Of a DNA stretch of 36,748 bases, positions 26,445 through 34,375 are shown piece after piece. Made by a program: the position numbers and the translations under genes. The notes under the pieces were generated by a model. It did no database searches. It was given only the letters and a program-made list of their open reading frames with translations, and was not told where the DNA came from. The stretch is from NCBI GenBank assembly GCA_035650735.1, contig DASRGZ010000044.1:1-36748 (forward strand), given 5' to 3'. Within the stretch, counting starts at the first letter, position 1, and each line of letters opens with the position of its first letter. Source of the DNA: Chthonomonadaceae bacterium (GTDB lineage Bacteria > Armatimonadota > Chthonomonadetes > Chthonomonadales > Chthonomonadaceae).

Positions 26445-27308
26445 TCAGCGGGGCCTCAGCAGGAAACGGCGCAGCTTCCCATGGAGCGTGCCGTTGCCCC
26501 AGATGCGCCCCCCCTCGTCAATCTTCAAGGCCTCCTCCAACTCCCAGCCCAGGTCAGCCAGTATCTGCCGGTTAAGGTCGTACATTGTCCCCTGCTGCCA
26601 GAGAAAGGCATGTTTATCTGCGTGCCGGGTCAGGGCATACCCGACCACCTGGCCTTTGTTGTTGAGGCAGTAGGCCACACTGTCCAGTCCTCCCAACGTG
26701 CCCAGGTCGGAGAGCCGACCCTGATCATAGAGAAAGGCATGGCTGGCTCCCCGGACGGTATCCGCATCCCCAACGATCTGGCCCTGGTCGTTGATGCCAT
26801 AGGCACGGCTATTCGTGCCGCCGAGAGTGCCCAGGTCGGTCATCAAGCTGCCGTTGAAGAGGAAGGCGCGGCGGCTGCGGTCGGCTAGCTGCGAATAACC
26901 GACCACCCAGCCATAGGCGTTGAGGTCGCAGGCAAAGCTGCGCTCGCCACCCAGCGTGCCCAGGTCTTCGAGCTGGCCGTTGTGCTGGAGAAAGGCGTGC
27001 CAGGCGTTCCTCTCTGGTACGTGCATCCATCCAACCTGGCCGTAGGGCTTGCTGGCGCTGAGGATGCGCAGCGTGGAGGGGTCGCTCTTAGGGAGCGCAC
27101 GGGACGTCTGCTGTGGCGAGCGGATCGGCATCACGACCGGGCCGCTCGCGGGCTGGCCCGAGGAAGAGTCAGGCTCGCCCAGATCCTCAATGGTGTAGCG
27201 TGGGCAGGACGTGGCGGCATGGCGCAGGCTGCCGGAGTGGATCCCGGCCAGCATCACGGCCATCAGGAAGGGCCCTATAAAGCCAATATTGCGATAGTTG
27301 CCTTTCAT
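26445..27308 (-). CDS. Secreted HAF-repeat protein
   Basis: Repeats HAFL...DLGTLGG..S.A..IN..GQIVG. N-terminal hydrophobic segment. AAGGAG RBS. Confidence 0.88.
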   Translation of the reverse strand: MKGNYRNIGFIGPFLMAVMLAGIHSGSLRHAATSCPRYTIEDLGEPDSSSGQPASGPVVMPIRSPQQTSRALPKSDPSTLRILSASKPYGQVGWMHVPERNAWHAFLQHNGQLEDLGTLGGERSFACDLNAYGWVVGYSQLADRSRRAFLFNGSLMTDLGTLGGTNSRAYGINDQGQIVGDADTVRGASHAFLYDQGRLSDLGTLGGLDSVAYCLNNKGQVVGYALTRHADKHAFLWQQGTMYDLNRQILADLGWELEEALKIDEGGRIWGNGTLHGKLRRFLLRPR

Positions 27309-27693
27309 GCCTTCTCCTTTGAACAAGCGCCTGCTTGCCCTGGCAATGTGGACAAGGGCGACCTATCTGTTATCGGCGCCTGCGCGTATTCTCATTATGG
27401 TAGGAGGCCTGTATGGAGCACGCACCGGCAGTTACTAGGAAAGAGTCACCAACCGGCCCTCCGGATAGCGAATGGAGCTCTTTTTTCTGTGGCGCCTCCA
27501 AGCTCTGTGTCTTGCTCATGGAGATTTCTTCTTGCTCTACTCCGACAAGCGTGCCGTAAGCGGAAAGGCAGGGAGGATTTTTTCAACGGAGGACCGCGTG
27601 CCACGACATCGGCGCCGAGTATAGGATAACAGGTCTCTCCACCGGAAAACCTCTCGAAAACTGCGTTTTTTGCAGTTTTTTCAGGGAAGGCGG

Positions 27694-28233
27694 CTAGGCA
27701 CGCTGCCACTCGGAGGCCAGGATGGCATATGCCAGCGTATCCTGCCACCGGCCCGCCATCCATTGGTTCTGCCGAAAGTGGGCTTCCTGCTGCATTCCCG
27801 CCTTCTGCATCACTCGCGCCGACGCCGGGTTCTCTGCCAGGCAGTCGGCAACGATACGATGCAGTTTCAGGTGTTCAAAACCAAACCCGACCAGGGCACG
27901 CGCAGCCTCGGTGGCATAGCCCTGGCCCCAGTAGGCTGGGTGTAGGTGGTAGCCGATCTCGCCCTCGCGCCACTCCAGATGGGTGATATCCAGGCCACAC
28001 CCGCCGATCACCCGTCCCTCCGCCTGGAGTACTATAGCAAAGCGGTACCGTGTCTGTGGCTCCTGCAGCGCGTACTCCCGGCACCTCTTCAGAAAGGCGC
28101 GAACCTCCTCTGCGGTTTCCGGCGCTCCGATCCAGTAGCGCGCCGTCTGTTCGTTGGAGCGATAGGCATACGCGGCCTCGAAATCGCCCTCCTCAAAGGG
28201 GCGCAAGAGCAAACGGTCGGTAACCAGTCGCAT
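27694..28233 (-). CDS. GNAT acetyltransferase, RimJ/RimL type
   Basis: TDRLLLRPF, EIGY...WGQGYATEAA and NPASARVMQKAGM. Start ATG 28233 with AAGGAG RBS. Confidence 0.92.
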   Translation of the reverse strand: MRLVTDRLLLRPFEEGDFEAAYAYRSNEQTARYWIGAPETAEEVRAFLKRCREYALQEPQTRYRFAIVLQAEGRVIGGCGLDITHLEWREGEIGYHLHPAYWGQGYATEAARALVGFGFEHLKLHRIVADCLAENPASARVMQKAGMQQEAHFRQNQWMAGRWQDTLAYAILASEWQRA

Positions 28234-28418
28234 TGGCTCGCACTCCTTTCTTCTCCCGCAGATGCCTCTAAGAGGGCCTATCCCGGCAGGTGGGCCTCTC
28301 TGTGGATATATAGACAGAATAGCTGCCCGTTTTGTATGCAAACTGCCAGGAGTTTTCTTCCTGCCGCAAGGTCCGCCACATTCGTTCTGAAAGGGAAGGG
28401 CAGGAAGGCGGAGCGTGT

Positions 28419-29081
28419 TCACGATATCCCATACCTGGAAGCTGCTGGGGAGGATGAAGCGGGTAGGGGATGTTCATTTCTGGTCTGGCGGCGTTCTTCG
28501 TCGGCGACGGCGAGCCAAAACTCCCGAAAAACCTCCGCCAATTGCTTCGGGGTGAAGTGGGCATTGAGGCCGCTGGGATTGGGCAAGACCCATACTCTGG
28601 CGTCCGCAATGCCCTTCGTTTGTAAGCCTAATTGGGCGTCAGGTCGGCGGAACGCCACGCGGTAAGCGCCAATGCCTACCACTGCCACCCACGCTGGGGT
28701 GAACTGACATACCAACTCCTCCAGCCGCCGCGCACCGGCGGTAAGCTCCTCCGCGCTTAGCTCGGAAGCCCTGGCTGTCGCCCGCGCGACCAGATTGGTG
28801 ATGCCGTATCCGAGGGAAAGCAACTGGCTCTCCTCTTCGGGTGCAAACAGCCGGTCGGTAAAACCGGAGTCAAACAGGGCGCGCCAGAAGCGGTTGCCCG
28901 GACGCGCGAAGTGGTGTCCGACAGCGGCGGTATATAAGCCGGGATTGATGCCGCAGAAGAGCACTTTCAATCCCGGCCCGATCACATCAGGAACGGTCTT
29001 TCCGGCGGCCGCAGCAATTTCGCCTGCGGTGGGCTTTGGGCGCCGTATCGTTACCGTCTTTATCATTCCCTCATCCGTCAT
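28419..29081 (-). CDS. mug: G/U mismatch-specific uracil-DNA glycosylase
   Basis: VLFCGINPG, HHFARPGNRFW, GITNLV and LPNPSGLNA. Start is 29081 or 29066. Confidence 0.93.
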   Translation of the reverse strand: MTDEGMIKTVTIRRPKPTAGEIAAAAGKTVPDVIGPGLKVLFCGINPGLYTAAVGHHFARPGNRFWRALFDSGFTDRLFAPEEESQLLSLGYGITNLVARATARASELSAEELTAGARRLEELVCQFTPAWVAVVGIGAYRVAFRRPDAQLGLQTKGIADARVWVLPNPSGLNAHFTPKQLAEVFREFWLAVADEERRQTRNEHPLPASSSPAASRYGIS

Positions 29082-29140
29082 TTGCGTCTCGCCACAATCC
29101 TTCCTGTTGTTGTCGTATCCTGTGCACTAATCAACGCCAC

Positions 29141-29718
29141 TTACCGGCCCGCATGTTCTTTCCCCAAACGGTCGGTCATAATGCCTAATGTGGCTCCCCA
29201 GACGACGTGAGAAACGATAAGAAGCAGACTGCGGCGGGGAGACCGCTCCGAGGTAGGAGGCAAGATATCTAACTCAAGTTGCTACCTTGCCTCTTCGAGA
29301 AGGCAAACGGTGATGCAAAAGCCGGTTTCCAGAGCGATTCTCTCTCAAACGTGTTCCTAGGTAGCAACTTGGGTTATCTAATCGCGGCAGGAGCTCTTCA
29401 TAGCTTCCGAGGAACACTGCGAGGCCATAGGTCACGCCCTTTGCCACAGGCTGCAAATGAATCCGGCTTGCAAGCGCCGCATATACGGTTCCTGCCGTCG
29501 CACCGAAACCGAAGTGGGACAGCCAGGTAAGGGAAGTGTTCAGGCCGATCAAGGTGATGCCTCATTCCGGCCTGTTTCGCTAATCCAGTTGTTACCTCAT
29601 GGGGCGGCAGACGGCCACTCTCCGGGGCCGTCATAAACCGGCGTATGAATATCATTGCTAACGTCATGGGAACGGTGGCTGCCAGTCCGCTCACCGTTCC
29701 CGCCAGCAGTTTATTCAT
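29141..29718 (-). pseudogene. DUF1440-like membrane protein gene broken by a frameshift (~29535) and a MITE-A insertion
   Basis: MNKLLAGTVSGLAATVPMT...PPHEVT / LTWLSHFGFGA...YEELLPRLD [MITE] ILPPTSERSPRRSLLLIVSHVVWGATLG...*. GAGGAG RBS. The family name is tentative. Confidence 0.8.
29272..29374 (-). mobile_element. 103-bp MITE (family A), copy 2
   Basis: Exact reverse complement of 4329-4431. TATCTA (= TAGATA) on both sides (29266-71, 29375-80). Confidence 0.92.
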
Positions 29719-29917
29719 GGCTTCTCCTCTCCTATCGAGACAGCCCGAACCCGGCTTTCCTGCGACTCCGTGAGGACTCAGCGGATCTACCAGGTCGCTG
29801 AAACTGAATATTACGCGAACGAGACGGGCTGCAAAACGGTAATGTTCACCGGGTATGTAAAGAGGAAATAAGAGACTCAGGACATAATACGGGTTCTCGG
29901 AGGAAAGGGAGGAAGAG

Positions 29918-30304
29918 ATGGCTGAACCGATCATCGCGCAGAGCGCCGGGGGAGGGCCTCCGCTGAACGCCGCAGGGCAGTCCTTTGTCCTCCAGGAATG
30001 GAGCGGAGGCGGGCCCGATTATCTCCATGTCCATCACGCCGACGACGAAGCCTGGCATGTGCTCGAAGGAACACTGACGTTCCGGTTTCCCGGTCGCGAA
30101 GTCGAAGCTCCCGCGAGCACAACGGTCTTTGTGCCGGCAGGAGTTGCCCATACCTACTACGAAGCGCACGGCCCTACCCGGTACCTGATTATTCTGACGC
30201 CGAGGCTGCACGCTCTGATTCAAGAGCTCCACGCCACCCCCTATGCCCAGCACAGGGCGGTCCTGCGGAAGTACGACTCTGACCTGGTAGAAGAACAGAA
30301 ATAG
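29918..30304 (+). CDS. Cupin domain protein
   Basis: LHVHHADDEAWHVLEG...VFVPAGVAHTY. GGAGG RBS. Confidence 0.9.
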   Translation: MAEPIIAQSAGGGPPLNAAGQSFVLQEWSGGGPDYLHVHHADDEAWHVLEGTLTFRFPGREVEAPASTTVFVPAGVAHTYYEAHGPTRYLIILTPRLHALIQELHATPYAQHRAVLRKYDSDLVEEQK

Positions 30305-30316
30305 CGTCTTAGATCT

Positions 30317-31198
30317 ATGATCACTATTCCGGAAGATTTTGCCATAGCCACGATAAATAGGGAAGGCGATGCCGGTCGCCAGTGGATCGATCACTTGCCG
30401 AACCTGGTCGAGGGCCTTTGTCAGCAGTGGGGCCTGGTGATAGATGGCAGGCCGATGCACGGTTACCTCGGGTTGGTCGTCCCGGTAAGGCAAGGAAGCG
30501 AGCGCTGCGCGCTGAAAGTAGCGTGGAGGGACGAGTCCACTGCGCATGAGGCGATAGCCCTCGCCACCTGGAACGGAAAGGGAGCGGTCCGGCTGTTAGC
30601 GGCGGAGCCGACGCGCGGCGCGATGCTTCTGGAACGATTGAACAGTCGGCGGACATTGAACGATGTCGGCGTGGAGGAGGCTATCGCCGTCGCAGGCCAC
30701 CTGCTCCGCCGCCTTGCGGTGCCGGCCCCGGAAGGACTGGCCCGGCTAAAGGAAGTTGGGGGGCGGCTGTCGGAGACTCTGCCGGAGCGATGGGAGCGGT
30801 ACGGCCGCCCAATGCCACGGAGGCAACTCGAGGTGGCCTGCGACCTGGCGGTCCAACTCGGGGCCTCCGCCGGCGGCCTGCTGGTCAACTACGACCTGCA
30901 CTACGCCGACGTGCTCGCTGGTGAGCGGGAGCCGTGGCTGGCAGTGGATCCTAAGGTCGTCGTCGGGGATCCGGAATATGGTGTCGCGCAGTTGCTGTGG
31001 CGCCGATTGGAGGACATGCAAGCCCAGGGCGGCCTGGATCGCCACTTCCAGGCGCTGATAGAGGCCGCCGAGCTCGATTCCGATCTCGCGCGCTCCTGGA
31101 CCCTGATCCGCTGCGTGGACTACTGGCTCTGGGGGCTGAGCGTCGGGCTGACCGAAGACCCGGCCCGATGCAAAGTCATCCTCGACTGGCTTGCTTGA
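30317..31198 (+). CDS. Aminoglycoside/hydroxyurea resistance kinase family (APH(6)-like)
   Basis: CALKV, EAIALATWNGKGAVRLL, MLLERL, NYDLHYADVL and WLAVDPK. Confidence 0.85.
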   Translation: MITIPEDFAIATINREGDAGRQWIDHLPNLVEGLCQQWGLVIDGRPMHGYLGLVVPVRQGSERCALKVAWRDESTAHEAIALATWNGKGAVRLLAAEPTRGAMLLERLNSRRTLNDVGVEEAIAVAGHLLRRLAVPAPEGLARLKEVGGRLSETLPERWERYGRPMPRRQLEVACDLAVQLGASAGGLLVNYDLHYADVLAGEREPWLAVDPKVVVGDPEYGVAQLLWRRLEDMQAQGGLDRHFQALIEAAELDSDLARSWTLIRCVDYWLWGLSVGLTEDPARCKVILDWLA

Positions 31199-31215
31199 AA
31201 GAGAACCCAGACTTA

Positions 31216-31306
31216 GAGTGCCTAACACAACCCGTTCTCCCTCTGCCTTGCAGGGAGAGGGCCGGGGTGAGGGGAGCGCCTCACAGCCACGTTGTGTTAG
31301 GGGCTC
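31216..31306. mobile_element. 91-bp MITE (family E) carrying a REP-like palindrome
   Basis: TIRs GAGTGCCTAACACAAC / GTTGTGTTAGGGGCTC (14/16). TTA on both sides (31213-15, 31307-09). Confidence 0.75.
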
Positions 31307-31309
31307 TTA

Positions 31310-31389
31310 TATCAAGTCCGGTCGACTACTTGGCGTACTCTGAGCGTCCTGTCGTTTGCAATACGACAAGTGTTCCAGCGGAGTTGATA
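31310..31389. mobile_element. 80-bp MITE (family G), in tandem with family E
   Basis: TIRs TATCAAGTCCGGTCGACTACTTG / CAAGTGTTCCAGCGGAGTTGATA (18/23). TTA on both sides (31307-09, 31390-92). Confidence 0.7.
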
Positions 31390-31477
31390 TTAGTACGTGA
31401 TAAAGGCTGGCTCGTCGCTCCGTCCGTTTCCACAGAAGTCGTCCATGCGCGGGGCGTACCACTGAGCATAAAAACGC

Positions 31478-31519
31478 CTCTCCCCTCTCCTTGCGAAGGA
31501 GAGGGGACGGGGGTGAGGT
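31478..31519. repeat. REP-like palindrome of the CCCCTCTCC...GGAGAGGGG...GGGGTGAGG family
   Basis: CCCCTCTCCTT-GCG-AAGGAGAGGGG-AC-GGGGGTGAGG. Relatives at ~2551, ~4442-4585, ~17517-17690 and ~31236. Confidence 0.75.
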
Positions 31520-31557
31520 CTATTTTCTAGCCAGTGGAGACGGGCCGCCCGCATTCC

Positions 31558-32517
31558 TCACAAAGCCCGCCAACTCGTCCGGTACTCCTGCCACACGCGG
31601 TATCCCAGTCGTCCATACCAGTCTGCCAGCCAGGTGTAGCCGACGAAACTGGTCGCCAGTCCCCGTGCGTGCAGCAGCTCAGTGACGCGCGCCGCCAGTG
31701 CCAGCCCGATCCCCTGTCCCTGCGCGTCTTCGGCCACGCCCAGCGGCCCGACACCGCCCACGCTCTCGCCCAACATCTGCTGCCAGATGCAGAAACCAAA
31801 CCGCTGCCATTCTCGGCGCGAGTCCAGGACCGAGGAGACGCCCAACACCCGCCCGCTCGTCCGTTCTCGCGCCAGCACAAGATCGGAAATCGCCCCGTGA
31901 TCGACCACTTTCTGGTAGTGGGGCACCCAGCGGGGGAAATGCTGGGCCTCGAACTCCAGGACCGCCGAAACGTCCTCCGGCCCTGCCACGGATAGCGTCA
32001 CGTCCGGTCGTCGGATGCGCTCGTAGATGCTTGCTGGCGTGGCATAGCCGGTGAGGTCCATGACGAGATCGAACGCAGGCCCGGTGTCGGGCCAGCCACA
32101 GGCGCGGAAGAAGGCCAGCGCGCCGGGCAGGTTGGTCGGCACGCCCGCCCAGAAGTAGGAGAGACCACCCGCGCCCAGCTGCGCCTCGGTGACGCCTCGC
32201 CGACAGAGCGCGTCTAAGGCGTGATCGTGAAGCGCGCGCCCGACGCCCTGGCGCTGGCGGTCGGGCGTGACCAGAAGGCACATCAGCCCTGCGCGCTCTT
32301 CGCCGCCAAGTCCCATGGGCGTCTGAGTCGCAACAAAGCCGATCACCTCCTCACCCTCGCACGCCACGAAGTGATCCGCCACTTCATGTTGTGGGTGGCC
32401 GTTGACCTTATGGCGGAACGTCTTCAGAGGCAGCGGCCACTGGTTGCCGAGTGCCCGTTGCCACAGGCCGTACACTAGCGGCTCATCCCGTTGCCGGTGG
32501 TAGGGACGAATGTCCAT
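31558..32517 (-). CDS. Tandem (two-domain) GNAT acetyltransferase
   Basis: Two acetyl-CoA motifs: VTPDRQRQGVGRAL and VAEDAQGQGIGLAL. ATG 32517 overlaps the upstream TGA. AAGGAG RBS. Confidence 0.9.
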   Translation of the reverse strand: MDIRPYHRQRDEPLVYGLWQRALGNQWPLPLKTFRHKVNGHPQHEVADHFVACEGEEVIGFVATQTPMGLGGEERAGLMCLLVTPDRQRQGVGRALHDHALDALCRRGVTEAQLGAGGLSYFWAGVPTNLPGALAFFRACGWPDTGPAFDLVMDLTGYATPASIYERIRRPDVTLSVAGPEDVSAVLEFEAQHFPRWVPHYQKVVDHGAISDLVLARERTSGRVLGVSSVLDSRREWQRFGFCIWQQMLGESVGGVGPLGVAEDAQGQGIGLALAARVTELLHARGLATSFVGYTWLADWYGRLGYRVWQEYRTSWRAL

Positions 32518-33227
32518 CAGAGCAACTCCTTCTCCGCGCCGCCGATGTGGCCGGATTGACCCTCCCGCCACTCCGGTGATGTCCACTCGCCAGAGACAGC
32601 CCTCCGCCGCTGGCGGGCAGTAGCATCCAGCGCAAACTCTAGTTCACGAGAAGGGAGGGGCTGACCGGACGCGGCTGCCACGCGCAGACGCTCTCCCGCC
32701 TCGCGACCAATCCCCTCTGGAAGCCGCCAGCCGCTATGAACCTCAATGGCGCGCGCTCCCAATTCGCTCCAGCCCTGTTGAGTGTTTGGCGCGGAGGCTA
32801 TTTCCTCCTCGTCCGGCTCCCATTCTCCATCGGGCTTGACCAAGCGCGCAAGGAGGGTGAGGCGGTCACCCGTCTGTTCGGTTCGGAATAAATGACCGGG
32901 CGGAGCGGCCCGATAGTGGGTATAGAGCGGGTCACCGGGAGGAAGCGTTACCACATCGCCAAGCCAGCGTTCTTCAAACTGGTCCGCAGTGGCATCCAAA
33001 ATCGTGCCGTCGGGAAGTTGGTTCCAGCAGTGAATCCAGCAGATTTCTCCATCAAGTAGCCGTAGGTGGCCCCAGCGATACGCCCAGCCCAGCTCGGCTT
33101 CAATGGCTTCCGAGACCTTCCCACAGCGTCCGTCAGGCCGTCCGCTTGCCAACCGTACTCGGCGTCGGATCGCGCGCACCTGCTCGATAGTTTCCCTATG
33201 GATTTGCTTAATTTTGAGAGACAACAC
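32517..33227 (-). CDS. Hypothetical protein with a transglutaminase/papain-like Cys-His-Asp pattern
   Basis: GRC, HCW and ILDATADQF in the expected order and spacing. GGAGGA RBS upstream of GTG 33227. Confidence 0.65.
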   Translation of the reverse strand: MLSLKIKQIHRETIEQVRAIRRRVRLASGRPDGRCGKVSEAIEAELGWAYRWGHLRLLDGEICWIHCWNQLPDGTILDATADQFEERWLGDVVTLPPGDPLYTHYRAAPPGHLFRTEQTGDRLTLLARLVKPDGEWEPDEEEIASAPNTQQGWSELGARAIEVHSGWRLPEGIGREAGERLRVAAASGQPLPSRELEFALDATARQRRRAVSGEWTSPEWREGQSGHIGGAEKELL

Positions 33228-33268
33228 TTATCCTCCAACAAGACTTTCGGTTGGTTCCCCAGGAGATG

Positions 33269-33350
33269 GGTAGACACTCCCAGCCGTGTGGATCAATCTC
33301 ACGCAGCCTGCTGCTGAGGAGATACGTCCACACCGTTGGGAGGGATTACC
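33269..33350 (+). mobile_element. 82-bp MITE (family B), copy 3
   Basis: Identical to 26186-26267. 9-bp TSD CAGGAGATG (33260-68, 33351-59). Confidence 0.92.
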
Positions 33351-33410
33351 CAGGAGATGGAACAGGTTTCAGTATTATACAGCTTGCACAGCACTGGCTG
33401 GCGCCTACGG

Positions 33411-33476
33411 TAGCCCGCTCTAAACCATGGCTTGACATGGCGCCTTTGAGAGGCAGCCACGCTTTAGCGGGGACTA
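33411..33476. repeat. 66-bp imperfect inverted-repeat element (possible MITE)
   Basis: TAGCCCGCTCTAAACCATGGCT versus the reverse complement of the right end, TAGTCCCCGCTAAAGCGTGGCT (17/22). Confidence 0.45.
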
Positions 33477-33554
33477 TCGGCGTCTATAGATCGGAATGGA
33501 AAATAAAAAAATCTTCTGGAATTAAAGAAAAGTTCAATGTATGCCTGGATAGTA

Positions 33555-33584
33555 TTGCCAGACTGTTGCGTGATCGGCTACAAT
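33555..33584 (+). promoter_or_regulatory. Candidate sigma70-type promoter for the HTH regulator
   Basis: TTGCCA-N18-TACAAT in an AT-rich stretch upstream of 33726. Confidence 0.45.
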
Positions 33585-33725
33585 AAGCGCAGATTTTAGC
33601 ATATTTAATTAACGCATAAACCATCATGCAAATCCACCTCGGCTAAGGAGGCAGACAGGCGCGCCGCGTTCGTTTGCGCAAGATGTTGATCGGCGCACAC
33701 ACTCCAAGGAGTAGGAGAGGAACCA

Positions 33726-34367
33726 ATGCCAAAAACCAACGGAATTACGCGCCGGGAGATACTAACTTCCATCAAACACCACGGCGCCATGACCGCCGAA
33801 GAGCTCGCACAAGAGCTGGGAATTTCTCAGGTCGCGGTTCGCCAGCATCTCTCGGCGCTGGAAGCTGAGGCCGTGATCGCGGTCAGCATTGAGCGGCGCG
33901 GATTAGGCCGCCCTTCCCACCGCTACGCCCTGACCACGCACGGCGATGAGTTGTTCCCCCGCCACTATGAGGCCTTAGCTAACTCGATTCTAAATGAGTT
34001 GGGCGACTGGCAGGGCGAAGAGGCGGTGCAGCAGCTTTTTGCACGACAGAGCGAACGTCTTCGCCTGGCGCTCACCCCCCGGCTGCAAGGCAAGTCCCTT
34101 GCCGCCAAAGTGAACGCATTGGCAAATTTTCAGGACGAGAGCGGCTTCATGAGTAAAGTAGTACAGGAGGATGGGGCCACGTTTCGCATCGTCCAGTACA
34201 ACTGTCCGTTCCGCGCGGTGGCGAAGAACTACCCCGGTGCCTGCTGCGCGGGCAAGGATGCCCTTTTCCGTGAGCTGCTGGGCGACGTGGAAGTGGAGCA
34301 GGAGAAGAATATTCTTGCTGGCGACGCCTGCTGCACCTTCCGTATCAGCCAGACGGAAACCAAGTGA
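33726..34367 (+). CDS. Winged-HTH transcriptional regulator, SufR-like, with a Cys-rich C terminus
   Basis: ELAQELGISQVAVRQHL, GRPSHRYALT, FPRHY, NCPF..VA...CC and GDACCTF. Confidence 0.85.
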   Translation: MPKTNGITRREILTSIKHHGAMTAEELAQELGISQVAVRQHLSALEAEAVIAVSIERRGLGRPSHRYALTTHGDELFPRHYEALANSILNELGDWQGEEAVQQLFARQSERLRLALTPRLQGKSLAAKVNALANFQDESGFMSKVVQEDGATFRIVQYNCPFRAVAKNYPGACCAGKDALFRELLGDVEVEQEKNILAGDACCTFRISQTETK

Positions 34368-34375
34368 GCCTCCCT

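Noticed and set aside
25595..26575. ORF sharing RHSQPCGSISRSLLLRRYVHTVGRDY with ORF 33251-33586
   Set aside because: Translation through MITE B.
29741..29831. CAGCCCG...CGGGCTG inverted repeat as another MITE
   Set aside because: Only 7 bp, no TSD and no second copy.
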